In this document: positions 46,407-56,270 of the stretch, piece after piece
Layout of the letters: every line of letters starts with the position of its first letter
Position numbering within the stretch: the stretch's first letter is position 1
Source of the DNA: an uncultured virus (IMG/VR IMGVR_UViG_3300034946_000506)
Lineage: Duplodnaviria > Heunggongvirae > Uroviricota > Caudoviricetes
Reading direction: 5' to 3' (one strand)
DNA length: 64,000 nucleotides
Virus record (IMG/VR): IMGVR_UViG_3300034946_000506
Notes under the pieces: model-generated
The model's database searches: none
The model's input: the letters and a program-made list of their open reading frames with translations, nothing else
Told to the model about the DNA's origin: nothing
Made by a program: the position numbers and the translations under genes

Positions 46407-47338
46407 TTGAATCGAACTCCGGCCATTACCTCAGTAAGACACGCAACTGTATTAAGTTCATGATCGGCAACAAAGGAATTCTTATATTGATAATCCGCAA
46501 GTATGAGTACCAGTTGTGGTATACTTGATCCATCAATATAGTCATTCATGTTATCATAAATCTTACGATAAATTGCAGCAGGTTCAGAATCAATATTGTT
46601 AGCAACCCATTGTCTCATACCCTTAAAGTTTTTTTCCTTAAGATGAATCATAAGATCATTAAGAGAAACCTCAGATAGTGACACTAAAATGCCAGTATCA
46701 ATAGTACCACTTGATCCATAACGTTGTAACTCATTAAGAACTTTACGCCAATCTGGCATGTGCTTCATAATAAGTTCAGCAACTACTTTTTCATTATATG
46801 TTATACCTTCAGCATTTAAGATAGTGGTACAACGTTTTAGAAACTGTCCACAAAGAGGAGCAGCATCTTTCTTTGAAACATTAAATTCAATTGTTGTACA
46901 ACGAGAATGTAATGGTTCAATAATGCGATTTTTAAAGTTACAGGTTAATATAAACCTACAATTGTTTGAAAATTCTTCAATAAATCCACGTAATGCTGGT
47001 TGCGTTGATTGAGCATTTAAGTAATCTGCCTCATCCAAGATGACTACTTTATAGCCACCTTGGAGAGAAACAGAAGACGCAAACTGCTTAATCTTATTAC
47101 GTAGAGTGTCAATACCAGATTCTTCGGATCCATTAATCAAAAGAAAATCTAAGTTAAGTTCGTTACACAAAGCTTTCGCAACTGTGGTTTTACCTAGGCC
47201 GGCTGTGCCGGTAAGAAGCATATTGTGTAGGTCACCTCCTTTAACAATATCTTCAAAAGTTTTTTTAATCTGTTTAGGTAAAACACAATCTTGAATTTTT
47301 TGTGGACGATATTTTTCAACCCAAAGAAACTCTGACAT
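46403..47338 (-). CDS. 44: Clamp loader large subunit gp44
   Basis: LWVEKYRP, GLGKTT, DEAD, PLHSRC. Confidence 0.95.
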   Translation of the reverse strand: MSEFLWVEKYRPQKIQDCVLPKQIKKTFEDIVKGGDLHNMLLTGTAGLGKTTVAKALCNELNLDFLLINGSEESGIDTLRNKIKQFASSVSLQGGYKVVILDEADYLNAQSTQPALRGFIEEFSNNCRFILTCNFKNRIIEPLHSRCTTIEFNVSKKDAAPLCGQFLKRCTTILNAEGITYNEKVVAELIMKHMPDWRKVLNELQRYGSSGTIDTGILVSLSEVSLNDLMIHLKEKNFKGMRQWVANNIDSEPAAIYRKIYDNMNDYIDGSSIPQLVLILADYQYKNSFVADHELNTVACLTEVMAGVRFK

Positions 47339-47595
47339 TATAGTACCTCCCAACCAATAACTGTTTCTACACGAAAAGATCTCCATGCCTCTTTATCAAG
47401 AGACCAAACGGCCAAGTGATCAGAGTCAGGATTAACTGATTCGATTATTACTTTTTGTCCATAAGCATTTAAAACATTTTGATTGAGAGTTGATGGCATG
47501 ACTCGTATTTCATCTGAGTCAATTTTTTGAAAGGTCACTGTAACAGTTCCCTTTTTTAATGCTTCAATTAAACGAGCACATTCATTGCGATCCAT
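47338..47595 (-). CDS. SH3/WYL-like beta-barrel protein
   Basis: VTVTFQKID.. R.M..TL...VWSLDKEAWRSFR. Confidence 0.7.
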   Translation of the reverse strand: MDRNECARLIEALKKGTVTVTFQKIDSDEIRVMPSTLNQNVLNAYGQKVIIESVNPDSDHLAVWSLDKEAWRSFRVETVIGWEVL

Positions 47596-47618
47596 AATAT
47601 ATCCTTCATAATAAAATT

Positions 47619-47644
47619 AAAAAATGTGGAGGAGCGACCTCCAC
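47619..47644 (-). terminator. Intrinsic terminator
   Basis: GTGGAGG-N5-CCTCCAC hairpin followed by a T-run on the minus strand. Confidence 0.7.
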
Positions 47645-47661
47645 GTTAAGCTAGTTCAGTA

Positions 47662-47934
47662 TTAGACTACGTCGCCTTCAACTGTTTCAGGCAAATCAGC
47701 GCCTGCAGGAACCATACCTTCTGGTGCTGGTTCTCCTTGCTCTTTAGATGCAGCTTCTAAAAACGCTACTGTTCTATTTCGCAAGCCACCAATGGCTTCC
47801 ATTTCCGGTCCTTCAAATCCACCTCTTTTAGAACAGATATCAATAATCTGTACGAAAGTTGAGATATCCTTAAGGGATAGTTGTGGAGCTGTTTGCTCCT
47901 CTGCACCTTGTGGTGCGTTAGTTTCTTCAGTCAT
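47662..47934 (-). CDS. Conserved hypothetical protein
   Basis: LSLKDI...IIDICSKRGGFEG.EM; SD AAGGAG. Confidence 0.75.
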   Translation of the reverse strand: MTEETNAPQGAEEQTAPQLSLKDISTFVQIIDICSKRGGFEGPEMEAIGGLRNRTVAFLEAASKEQGEPAPEGMVPAGADLPETVEGDVV

Positions 47935-48037
47935 ATATTTCTCCTTTGCAAAGTAGACTAATTGTAAGAGACCCGGCGAATCCGGCATCTTCTTTTATTA
48001 TCCTCATATTATAATGAGAATTTTTCCTGTGCATATT

Positions 48038-48045
48038 TATTTATA
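48038..48045 (-). promoter_or_regulatory. T4-type late promoter
   Basis: TATAAATA at the end of gene 45. Confidence 0.6.
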
Positions 48046-48706
48046 CACCGAAACTTGACGATTTCTCTAAAGCGATAAAATAATCCAATGGATTATCAGC
48101 ATTTCTCCAATTAGAAATGAGCCTAGAAGAAATCGATACCTTATAATTACCTTGTAGCATTTTTAGATTAGAAATACTAAACACGTAATTAAAGGTTTCA
48201 GTAGATGTTGTACCAAGATTAATATCAAATGTATTTGCTGTTGCATCTTTTTCATTAAATACAGAAGCTACAACCTCGTTACCAGTACTACTAAGGGATA
48301 ATTCTGAATGACCTAGTACTGCAGCTGCTTTTCGTATCTTATCTAGATTATCAGATGATAGATCTAAAACAACTTCACAATCAGGCATATTGATATCTTT
48401 ACTAGGTTGCGTAAGAATTTCAATTTCAGAATAAAAATATTTAATCTTTTGAGATCCATCAGTCATCACTAGCCATTTATCACTAAAGTCGAGTTCTGGA
48501 TTATCCATAAGACTAAATAAAGACAAAAATTCATTAAGATCATATACACCAAACTCAACAGGGAAGTCCTCTAGAATTGATACATTAGCCATAATGGTTT
48601 TTGCTTCAGAAATAGTCTTAAGTTCCTTTCCAGGCTTAAAGACTAGATTTGCGTTAATGCCTGAAAAGTTTTTCAGGATGTTAATAGTTTCACTTGATAT
48701 TTGCAT
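48041..48706 (-). CDS. 45: Sliding clamp gp45
   Basis: TINILKNFSGIN, FGVYDLNEFL, YFIALE. Confidence 0.95.
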   Translation of the reverse strand: MQISSETINILKNFSGINANLVFKPGKELKTISEAKTIMANVSILEDFPVEFGVYDLNEFLSLFSLMDNPELDFSDKWLVMTDGSQKIKYFYSEIEILTQPSKDINMPDCEVVLDLSSDNLDKIRKAAAVLGHSELSLSSTGNEVVASVFNEKDATANTFDINLGTTSTETFNYVFSISNLKMLQGNYKVSISSRLISNWRNADNPLDYFIALEKSSSFGV

Positions 48707-48708
48707 AA

Positions 48709-48996
48709 TTATTTCCCTTGGTTAATTCTGTCATGTTCGTATAATGCTAATAAGGCGTAGTGTAGTACCTTCATTAGATCTTTTCTGTGATCTTCAGGAC
48801 CACCTTTCTTACCATACCTAGCATTATACTTATCAACATTACCTAAGAAAAATCCTAGGCCATGCCCTCGATCAACAATAACTTCAGATGATTGAAGTCC
48901 TCCTTGACCATAATGTGCTCCGTATGTAGAATCGATATACGCGTGGAACTCTTTGATAAGAGTTCCTTCGTTAAATTTGTAATCTGGTTTACTCAT
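48709..48996 (-). CDS. DUF3310-like (T7 gp1.7 nucleotide-kinase-like) protein
   Basis: HY...GFFLGNVDKYNARYGKK...KDLMKVLHY. Confidence 0.7.
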   Translation of the reverse strand: MSKPDYKFNEGTLIKEFHAYIDSTYGAHYGQGGLQSSEVIVDRGHGLGFFLGNVDKYNARYGKKGGPEDHRKDLMKVLHYALLALYEHDRINQGK

Positions 48997-50128
48997 ATGA
49001 AGCTTCTTGAGTTGTTTCGTTTGTACCATCACCAAACGAAACACCTGCATCTACCTTGCTGTATAAATCAAGAAAGGCTTCTTTAGTATCTTCATCAAAC
49101 CGTGCAATACACATGTCTATTGATTTAGACCGGTTGTTAAAGATAGAGAATGTTTGAGCAATATGACAAAGCCTACGAGTAGAAATAACTTCATCAACTC
49201 CATCATCATAAAAAGTCTTACGAATAATATCAGCCCAAGTTACAAGCTTGTCGACAAAATCTGTATCTTCAACTCCAAACTTAGCCATGTGATTGTTTAG
49301 AATTTTAGTTTCAACACTAGGTGATGGAAACTTCTGATCAATAGCAACTGTAAATCTTTCAAGGAATGCTTCATCGATAATCGAAGCAGCTGTAAACCTA
49401 CCATCTTCAGATCCTTTACCTTTAGTATTGGCTGTAGCTATAACATTGAAGCCAGCTTTAGGAGAGATCGTTTCACCTGTTTTCTTAACCAGTACAGGTT
49501 TACCTTCAAGTATACCCTGTAGACACATAATCTTATTTGTAGCACGATCAATTTCGTCGAGCAATAAGATTGCGCCATTTTCCATTGCCTTGAGAACTGG
49601 TCCCTTAGAGAATACTGTTTCTCCATTAATAAGTCTAAAGCCACCGATAAGATCGTCTTCATCTGTTTCTGGATTGATTTGGACACGAATAAACTCCCTA
49701 TTAAGTTTTGAACAAGCTTGTTCTACCATAAAGGTCTTTCCGTTACCAGATAGTCCAGAAATATATACTGGGTAGAACATACTACATTTAACTATTTTAA
49801 CTACGTCACTAAAAGCACCCCATGGCACAAATGTAGGATCTGCTTTAGCATATGTTTTTTCTTGGTTAACTATAGATTGCATATTAGCTACTGGAGCAAT
49901 ATTAACGATACTATTGTTTGTTTGAACTGGTTGTAACATACCACCAAGATCATATGTTCCAATCTTTACTCGATTGTCTAAAGTCATAAGATCTTTCCAA
50001 TCTTTACCTGTAAAGCCCATAGATCTACCAGTAGACTCAATAACATTTTTTCTAAATGCTGTTTGATCTGGGAAGTTCTTAGACAGTTCACTTAAAATGT
50101 TCTGTGTTGATATTTTCAAATCTTTCAT
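48989..50128 (-). CDS. MoxR/CobS-like AAA+ ATPase
   Basis: GLSGNGKT, LLLDEID, ATANTKG, AFLERF, STRRL. Confidence 0.9.
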   Translation of the reverse strand: MKDLKISTQNILSELSKNFPDQTAFRKNVIESTGRSMGFTGKDWKDLMTLDNRVKIGTYDLGGMLQPVQTNNSIVNIAPVANMQSIVNQEKTYAKADPTFVPWGAFSDVVKIVKCSMFYPVYISGLSGNGKTFMVEQACSKLNREFIRVQINPETDEDDLIGGFRLINGETVFSKGPVLKAMENGAILLLDEIDRATNKIMCLQGILEGKPVLVKKTGETISPKAGFNVIATANTKGKGSEDGRFTAASIIDEAFLERFTVAIDQKFPSPSVETKILNNHMAKFGVEDTDFVDKLVTWADIIRKTFYDDGVDEVISTRRLCHIAQTFSIFNNRSKSIDMCIARFDEDTKEAFLDLYSKVDAGVSFGDGTNETTQEASYE

Positions 50129-50236
50129 AATGTAGTTCCTTATCATTTAATATAGGTATATTATATCACAGTTTACAGCGAATGTAAACAATTATTTCAT
50201 TTATTTTCATTATAGCCAATATAACTTTGGTGAATA
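50121..50236 (-). repeat. Duplicated promoter cassette, copy 2 (early promoter at 50160-50188)
   Basis: 54 bp identical to 27798-27851, plus the shared upstream motif. Confidence 0.85.
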
Positions 50237-52354
50237 CTATGCTACAGCCCTCCCAAACGTAGTCATAAGTACTTTGTTTTGCTTTTTGCTTTTAGAGTAT
50301 TTCTTAAACGCAGATGCCATCTGTCCTCTACTTTGATCTGAAAAAACTTCAAATTCAGCATCTTGAGTAGATAGGTTACTACCACCTTTAATTAAGTAGA
50401 AGTCATTATAGCCAAGAACATCCGTGTAAACAACACATTTGTTTTTTCTATATTCTTTTTGAGCATTTTGTCTTTCTTGACCAGACCATCTTTTATTAAA
50501 CACGTGGTCGACCTTTTCATTGAAGTGTTTATTATCGTCAGCCATAAAGAATCCGATTGTGTTTGTAAAATATCTTTTTCTAATATTTGATAATAAAGAT
50601 GCTGTTATATCTCTACTAGAACTACTAACAATTTTTCCATCGATTCTAAATGTGCAACCACCTTTCCATCGACTCATAGCAGGAAGTTTGTTATCACTTA
50701 AGCTTTCATCATGATACGATGATATTCCATTAGCATCGCCATCTGTAAACGTTACCAAATTCATAACTTCAACTTGATTTTTACTTTTGAATTCTTTAAT
50801 TAAATGATGCGCTACAATTAAAGCTTGATCTAAAGGAGTTGAACCAAAGTCTTCAGATTGTCCACACATCTCGCGAGCAACATATCTATCAACTTTGCTT
50901 CTTAAGTATAAGTTTTTAATTGCATCTTCAAAGTCAGCCTTTTTCATTTTAGAAGATACTAGATTAGGCATAGCTAACATATCTAAGTCAATATCACCAT
51001 CACATAATAAACCTTCGTGGCGCATTTCATACCAATCAAGGTTTTTATTTGTTGAAGTGAATGCATACACATCAAAAGGAATTTGAACTTGCTTACAGAA
51101 TAAAACTAAGTGAATCAATTGCTCTAAAACTTCAGGTAATGAATCATACATAGAACCTGAATAATCAATTAGCATTATCATTCCATGGCTTTTAGCATCG
51201 TGAAGTCTAGTATTTTGTTTAAAGATATCATCATTAGTTTTGTAAGAAAACAGCTTGTTAACATCAATCACACCGGTTTTTGCTGTAGTAGCTTTAGCCC
51301 ATTGTGTGGCAGCTTTTTTCATTTCAAATTCTCTAGTTGCAATCGCAACACTTCTTTTTACACCTTTCATAAAGGTAGGATATTCAATCATCGCTTCATT
51401 AATCTTATCATGAACATAACTACTGGCTATATCTAAGGCTTGAAGTCTTTCTTCTTTAAGTTGCTTATAGCTAATAATAATTTTTTCTCTTAGTGGTTTA
51501 CTGATATCTTCATATGCTTGAACTTGAAAACCGCCTTCATCCATATCTAGTAAAGAACTTTCGTTTTCTCTAAAAGCGTTATCAGTAAGTGCTTCACAGA
51601 TATCCTCGCCACCTGCTGATTTTGTATAAGATTGTTGATCATCCTCTTCATCTGAATCCTCTTCTTCGCTATCAGATTCAGATGATTCTGTAGGAGTATT
51701 ATCTTCGTCACTTGATTCTTCAGAATCACCGCTTGAATCACCTTGATCTTGTTCTTCAGGCGTTTCACTATTGTCTGGCTCTGAAGTTTGAGGATCTTCC
51801 TCTTCTTCGTTAGCCTTATCATATGCTACTACATCTTTAACTAATTCTAAGACTTCTTGAAAGTCTTCAGTAGTCATAGCTCTATCCATAAAAACTTGTT
51901 CTTCTTCAGTAAAATCGATTTCAATATGAGAACCAACTTTAGCTTGAAGATTTATTTTATCGATAACTTTAAGCCTATCCATATCGATTGTTTCTGTACC
52001 AAAGAAGTTATCATTATAAAGCTTTGAGTAAGCTCGTGAAAAAGGACCAACAAGACCAGGATACCTAGACTTAACCTTTCTTTCAATTCTAGCATCTTCA
52101 ATAACATTAATGTAAGACCTAGGGCAACCTTGTAATTTTTCAGGACTATCATGCCAACCTTCATAAGGAGTTTCTAATGCATGACCAACTTCATGACCAA
52201 CAAATAAATCATAGACATCTTTACCCATATCTTTCCACATAGGAAGGCCTAAGACTCTATTTTTAATGTCAAACCATGGGGTTTTATAGTTACCATGTCT
52301 AATAGAGATATTCTCTTTAGCTAGTAATTTTGGCAAACTTGAATTATGATACAT
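50237..52354 (-). CDS. CobT-like protein: HExxH metallopeptidase, acidic linker and vWA domain
   Basis: HEVGH, NVIEDARIE, acidic linker, DYSGS MIDAS, STP, TDGD. Confidence 0.85.
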   Translation of the reverse strand: MYHNSSLPKLLAKENISIRHGNYKTPWFDIKNRVLGLPMWKDMGKDVYDLFVGHEVGHALETPYEGWHDSPEKLQGCPRSYINVIEDARIERKVKSRYPGLVGPFSRAYSKLYNDNFFGTETIDMDRLKVIDKINLQAKVGSHIEIDFTEEEQVFMDRAMTTEDFQEVLELVKDVVAYDKANEEEEDPQTSEPDNSETPEEQDQGDSSGDSEESSDEDNTPTESSESDSEEEDSDEEDDQQSYTKSAGGEDICEALTDNAFRENESSLLDMDEGGFQVQAYEDISKPLREKIIISYKQLKEERLQALDIASSYVHDKINEAMIEYPTFMKGVKRSVAIATREFEMKKAATQWAKATTAKTGVIDVNKLFSYKTNDDIFKQNTRLHDAKSHGMIMLIDYSGSMYDSLPEVLEQLIHLVLFCKQVQIPFDVYAFTSTNKNLDWYEMRHEGLLCDGDIDLDMLAMPNLVSSKMKKADFEDAIKNLYLRSKVDRYVAREMCGQSEDFGSTPLDQALIVAHHLIKEFKSKNQVEVMNLVTFTDGDANGISSYHDESLSDNKLPAMSRWKGGCTFRIDGKIVSSSSRDITASLLSNIRKRYFTNTIGFFMADDNKHFNEKVDHVFNKRWSGQERQNAQKEYRKNKCVVYTDVLGYNDFYLIKGGSNLSTQDAEFEVFSDQSRGQMASAFKKYSKSKKQNKVLMTTFGRAVA

Positions 52355-52379
52355 AACTACTCCTTTTCAATATATGTAT

Positions 52380-52456
52380 ATTATATCACATTCTAGGCGC
52401 AAAGTAAACCCTTTTACCATTTATTTTCGTTATAGTCAATATAACTCTGGTGAATA
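52380..52456 (-). promoter_or_regulatory. Early promoter with upstream palindromic motif (copy 3)
   Basis: TTTACT-N17-TATAAT; GTTATA-N5-TATAAC at 52429-52445. Confidence 0.8.
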
Positions 52457-52461
52457 TGGGA

Positions 52462-54183
52462 TTAAGCTGCTTTTATTTTAGAGAAATTCCTAGATTTTAC
52501 AAATTCTATTTTAGACCTAAACTTATTTTCAAGTATATCACCTTTATGAGAAATGATAAATACATTAGTTCCTTCTTCCAAAGTACTTAAAATCTTAGTT
52601 AGATTTTCAACACCGTCTACATCAAGGCTAGAATCAAATGTTTCATCTAAAACCAAAAGATTAGTTGCTGCTGAGTTTTTCATCTTAGCAATTTGACGCC
52701 AAGTAAACAACAAAGATAAATCAATTCTTTGCTTTTCTCCTTCAGAGAAAGATGCATAGTTAAATGCATCGCGATGTCTTGATCTAATGGTTTCATTAAA
52801 TGCTTCGTCGAGATGGAATGCTACAAAAAAATCTAATGTTTGAAGATAACTATTAATAAGTTTATTCATCACTGGCAAATATTGCTTAATGACTTTAGTT
52901 TTAATTCCAGTGTCTTTTAACATTTCTCCAATTACTTCATTATATGTTCTTTCTTCAACATAAGCTAATTTCTTTTCAGTTACACTATCTTTTGAATCTC
53001 TTAAATCTTCTAATTCAGTTTTAGCGGTTTTAATATCTCCGCTTGAATCTCCTAGAGATTTAATCTCTTTTTGAATCTTATCTATTTCTTTTTGAATAAG
53101 CCCGATTTTATCGTTGTTAGAATTGATTGTACGTTGCTTGTCCAATAAACCATTCATACTAGTAAAAACATTAGCATAATCCTGATCATTTTGATCCATT
53201 TCTGTTTTTAGATCTGTCATACCTTTTTGTATTTCAGCAGCAGAAGCTTTTATTCCTTTAATCTTTTCATTACGAATATCTTCATCGATATCTTGATCAC
53301 ATGTAGGACAATGTTCATTATTATCAAAGAACTTAGATTGCTCAACTAGATCTTTAATTTTTGATTTAAAATTTATGTCGTATGATTTTAGACTAGATTC
53401 TTTGTTCTTTAACTCTGCAGTTTTATTAGTTTCAAGCTGTATATATGTAGACAAATTAAGACCAAGATCCTGAGATTGCTTAAATAAACTTTCAATTTCT
53501 ACCTTATAGTCTACTATAGATTCTTCTTTGCTATCAACCATATCTTTAGTAACAGCTTGTAGATTTCTAATATATTTAGTCTGTGACTCAATTTTAGTTT
53601 TAAATAAATCTAATGAATGGTTGATCTCAGAAAGTTCTTCTTTGATTTTAGAATTACGTTCTTTCAATAAAGTATTCATCTTACTAAATATATTAATATC
53701 AAGCAAATCTTCAATAACAGATCTTCTTGACCATGCAGGTAATTGCATAAAGGGAATAAAAGAACTACTTCCTAGAACTACAACCTGATGGAATGATTTA
53801 TGATTTAACTTAAGAATGTTTTGTTCTAAGTACTTTTGGAAATCACGAGCATTAGAAGCTTGGTTTATTTGATTACCGTTTTGCCAGATTTCAAACTTAC
53901 CTGGACGAATACCACGAATGATCTTAAACTCAGAATTACCAACATCAAACTCAACTTCAACTTCAGTACCTTTCTTATTGATACTATTGATCAATTGATC
54001 TTTTTTAATATCTCTATGAGATTTTCCAAATAGACCAAATGATAACGCATCTAGCATCGTGGATTTTCCAGCTCCATTTGAGCCTACGATAAGTGTTGAA
54101 GGTGTTCTATCTAATTGTATTTTAATTGTATCATTACCAGTTGAAAGAAAGTTCTTCCATGAAACCGATTTAAAATTTATCAT
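52462..54183 (-). CDS. 46: Rad50/SbcC-like recombination ATPase gp46
   Basis: GSNGAGKS, CPTC hook, FSEGEK, LDETFD, ISH. Confidence 0.95.
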   Translation of the reverse strand: MINFKSVSWKNFLSTGNDTIKIQLDRTPSTLIVGSNGAGKSTMLDALSFGLFGKSHRDIKKDQLINSINKKGTEVEVEFDVGNSEFKIIRGIRPGKFEIWQNGNQINQASNARDFQKYLEQNILKLNHKSFHQVVVLGSSSFIPFMQLPAWSRRSVIEDLLDINIFSKMNTLLKERNSKIKEELSEINHSLDLFKTKIESQTKYIRNLQAVTKDMVDSKEESIVDYKVEIESLFKQSQDLGLNLSTYIQLETNKTAELKNKESSLKSYDINFKSKIKDLVEQSKFFDNNEHCPTCDQDIDEDIRNEKIKGIKASAAEIQKGMTDLKTEMDQNDQDYANVFTSMNGLLDKQRTINSNNDKIGLIQKEIDKIQKEIKSLGDSSGDIKTAKTELEDLRDSKDSVTEKKLAYVEERTYNEVIGEMLKDTGIKTKVIKQYLPVMNKLINSYLQTLDFFVAFHLDEAFNETIRSRHRDAFNYASFSEGEKQRIDLSLLFTWRQIAKMKNSAATNLLVLDETFDSSLDVDGVENLTKILSTLEEGTNVFIISHKGDILENKFRSKIEFVKSRNFSKIKAA

Positions 54184-54464
54184 AGGTACTTAACTCCTAA
54201 CCAATTAGCAACCTTAGTTTTTATCCAAGATTTGTTTTCCATTCTAAGACTGATGCCTGTATCGTCTATCCTTGCAGTCTCAGCTCCGTTAGAATTACTC
54301 ACTGTAAGATATGAAGTCATCGTATTGTCGCTAGAGAGACCATCAATTGTTGTGACCAGATTATTGTCAACGTAAAATTTTAGTCGCTGATCTACAGGAA
54401 CATCTAAGTTAAGACCTAGTTGTTGTGTAAGCGGGAATTGTAAGTCTAAATGCTGTTGATACAT
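54180..54464 (-). CDS. Hypothetical protein between 47 and 46
   Basis: Stop/start coupled ORF. Confidence 0.65.
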   Translation of the reverse strand: MYQQHLDLQFPLTQQLGLNLDVPVDQRLKFYVDNNLVTTIDGLSSDNTMTSYLTVSNSNGAETARIDDTGISLRMENKSWIKTKVANWLGVKYL

Positions 54465-55525
54465 TACACCACCTCCAAGTTTTGTGCTTCAGTATATAGT
54501 TTTCTCAATTCGACCTTAATGTGGTCTTTATCAAGGTCAGTCTCTACAGCATCAACATAAGTATCTAATAATTCACCTGTATCTTCTAGAGATACTTTAG
54601 AATCTTCAACGCTTTCACCTAGATATTCTTCAAAGCTTTCAGCAATTTTAAGTTCATACGTATTAATACTTTGTAGTCTATCAACAAATCTATCAAACAT
54701 GTATAGATCACTTTTATTTAAAACAATCAACTTAATAAACTTGTGTTCAAATTCAGATACATCAATATCATTATAATCAGTTTTAGTATCATCATAGATT
54801 ATTTTTTTAAATATAGTAATAGGATTACGAACCGGAATAACTTCTCTAGTTTCGGTATCTAAGATATGGAAATACTTAGGATCATCACAATCAGACCAAG
54901 TAAATTCCATTTGACCACCTAGGTAATGAACATTCCCTTGACTTGATTTAGTATGAAAATGACCTGTTAAAACAGTTTCAAATCTAGAAAATATATCAGC
55001 ATTCATACCATGTGGATTGGTAATACCAGCCATTAATTCAAAACCTTTTAATTCAAGATGTGCACCAAGAATAGAAGCTTTACACGACATAGCCCACTTA
55101 GTGTATTCTTCATAATTGGCATTATTAATCCATGGTATAACACCAACTTTACAACCATCATAATCAAGAACAGTAGGTTTCATTATGATGTTTATATTTG
55201 AAGTAAAGTAGCCGAGTAATTCCTTGAGTGAACATAATTCATTCGTATTCTTGAAATATACGTCGTGGTTCCCTGGTATAATGTCCATTGTGATCCCCAT
55301 ATCACGCATAGGCTCAAGAAAATGCTTACGATTCGCGTTGAGGGCTTTGAAGTTAACGAACTTTCGGTGTTCATAATAATCACCTAAGTGTAATATGTTA
55401 GTTATATTATGTTCTTTAAGATACGGAAAAAAGATTTCTTCGTAAAATCTACCCTGATAATTTAAAAATATATCAGAAGAATTTCTTACACCACAATGTG
55501 TATCATTTAATATTGCTACTTTCAT
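54464..55525 (-). CDS. 47: Mre11/SbcD-like nuclease gp47
   Basis: DTHCG, LGD, GNHD, GHFH. Confidence 0.95.
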   Translation of the reverse strand: MKVAILNDTHCGVRNSSDIFLNYQGRFYEEIFFPYLKEHNITNILHLGDYYEHRKFVNFKALNANRKHFLEPMRDMGITMDIIPGNHDVYFKNTNELCSLKELLGYFTSNINIIMKPTVLDYDGCKVGVIPWINNANYEEYTKWAMSCKASILGAHLELKGFELMAGITNPHGMNADIFSRFETVLTGHFHTKSSQGNVHYLGGQMEFTWSDCDDPKYFHILDTETREVIPVRNPITIFKKIIYDDTKTDYNDIDVSEFEHKFIKLIVLNKSDLYMFDRFVDRLQSINTYELKIAESFEEYLGESVEDSKVSLEDTGELLDTYVDAVETDLDKDHIKVELRKLYTEAQNLEVV

Positions 55526-55527
55526 AA

Positions 55528-56103
55528 TTATACCATAAATAATTCTAGTTTTTCTTTTTCTTTTTCTATCTTAGCAAACTCTTTGATCTTTGCATCTTTG
55601 GTTCTGATCTGATCTATTCTGCTTCTTAATGTATCTACGTATGCCATAGTTTGTTGAGCACCTGAATCATCCATACCCATAGCAGCAAAATCTTCAATAC
55701 CCATTTTTTCAATGAATTTAAACTTAATATCTTGTTGCTTCTTCTCTTTGGTTATACGCCTAATAAAAGCAAAATAACAAATCTGAGTAAAATATGAAAA
55801 TGCATTAGGATTACCAGTACGTGTAGCAGTTTCTATCTTATAGTTATTAATTGCTCTTAAACAGTTTTCTACACCATCCATAACCATTTCTTCACGATAA
55901 GTATACCGAACAAAGTTCGGTCTGTGAGACAGTCCTTCAGATATTTTCATGAAACAAGTAGCAATATAATTAGTAACTTTAGGTACTTCTACTTCAGCTT
56001 CTCTAGCAGCATTTGCTGTTCGAACATACTCAACAACTGCAAGGGAAAACTCCTTGTTATTCACATAATGTGGTTTAGCTTTTGGTTTAATTTTTTCAGT
56101 CAT
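55528..56103 (-). CDS. 55: Late-transcription sigma factor gp55
   Basis: HYVNNKEF, RPNFVRYTYREEM, NAFSYFTQI..AFIRRI. Confidence 0.93.
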   Translation of the reverse strand: MTEKIKPKAKPHYVNNKEFSLAVVEYVRTANAAREAEVEVPKVTNYIATCFMKISEGLSHRPNFVRYTYREEMVMDGVENCLRAINNYKIETATRTGNPNAFSYFTQICYFAFIRRITKEKKQQDIKFKFIEKMGIEDFAAMGMDDSGAQQTMAYVDTLRSRIDQIRTKDAKIKEFAKIEKEKEKLELFMV

Positions 56104-56128
56104 ATATATCTCCTAAAATAATATATCT

Positions 56129-56157
56129 ATTATATCACAGTTTACTGCAAAAGTAAA
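56129..56157 (-). promoter_or_regulatory. Sigma70-type early promoter for gp55
   Basis: TTTACT-N17-TATAAT. Confidence 0.8.
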
Positions 56158-56203
56158 CAATTATTTTTAATTAATTTATTTTCAATTTATTTCACTCTGG
56201 CCG

Positions 56204-56232
56204 TTTACATTCAGTGAGAAATGTGATATAAT
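56204..56232 (+). promoter_or_regulatory. Plus-strand sigma70-type promoter, divergent from the gp55 promoter
   Basis: TTTACA-N17-TATAAT with the family TGTGA-TATAAT signature. Confidence 0.7.
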
Positions 56233-56270
56233 ATAGATACTGCCGGGGAGGTAAGGGGTATACTATATTA

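Noticed and set aside
48989..52354. Cobalamin biosynthesis (CobS/CobT)
   Set aside because: This is a generic MoxR AAA plus vWA pair common in T4-like phages, and no other cob genes are present
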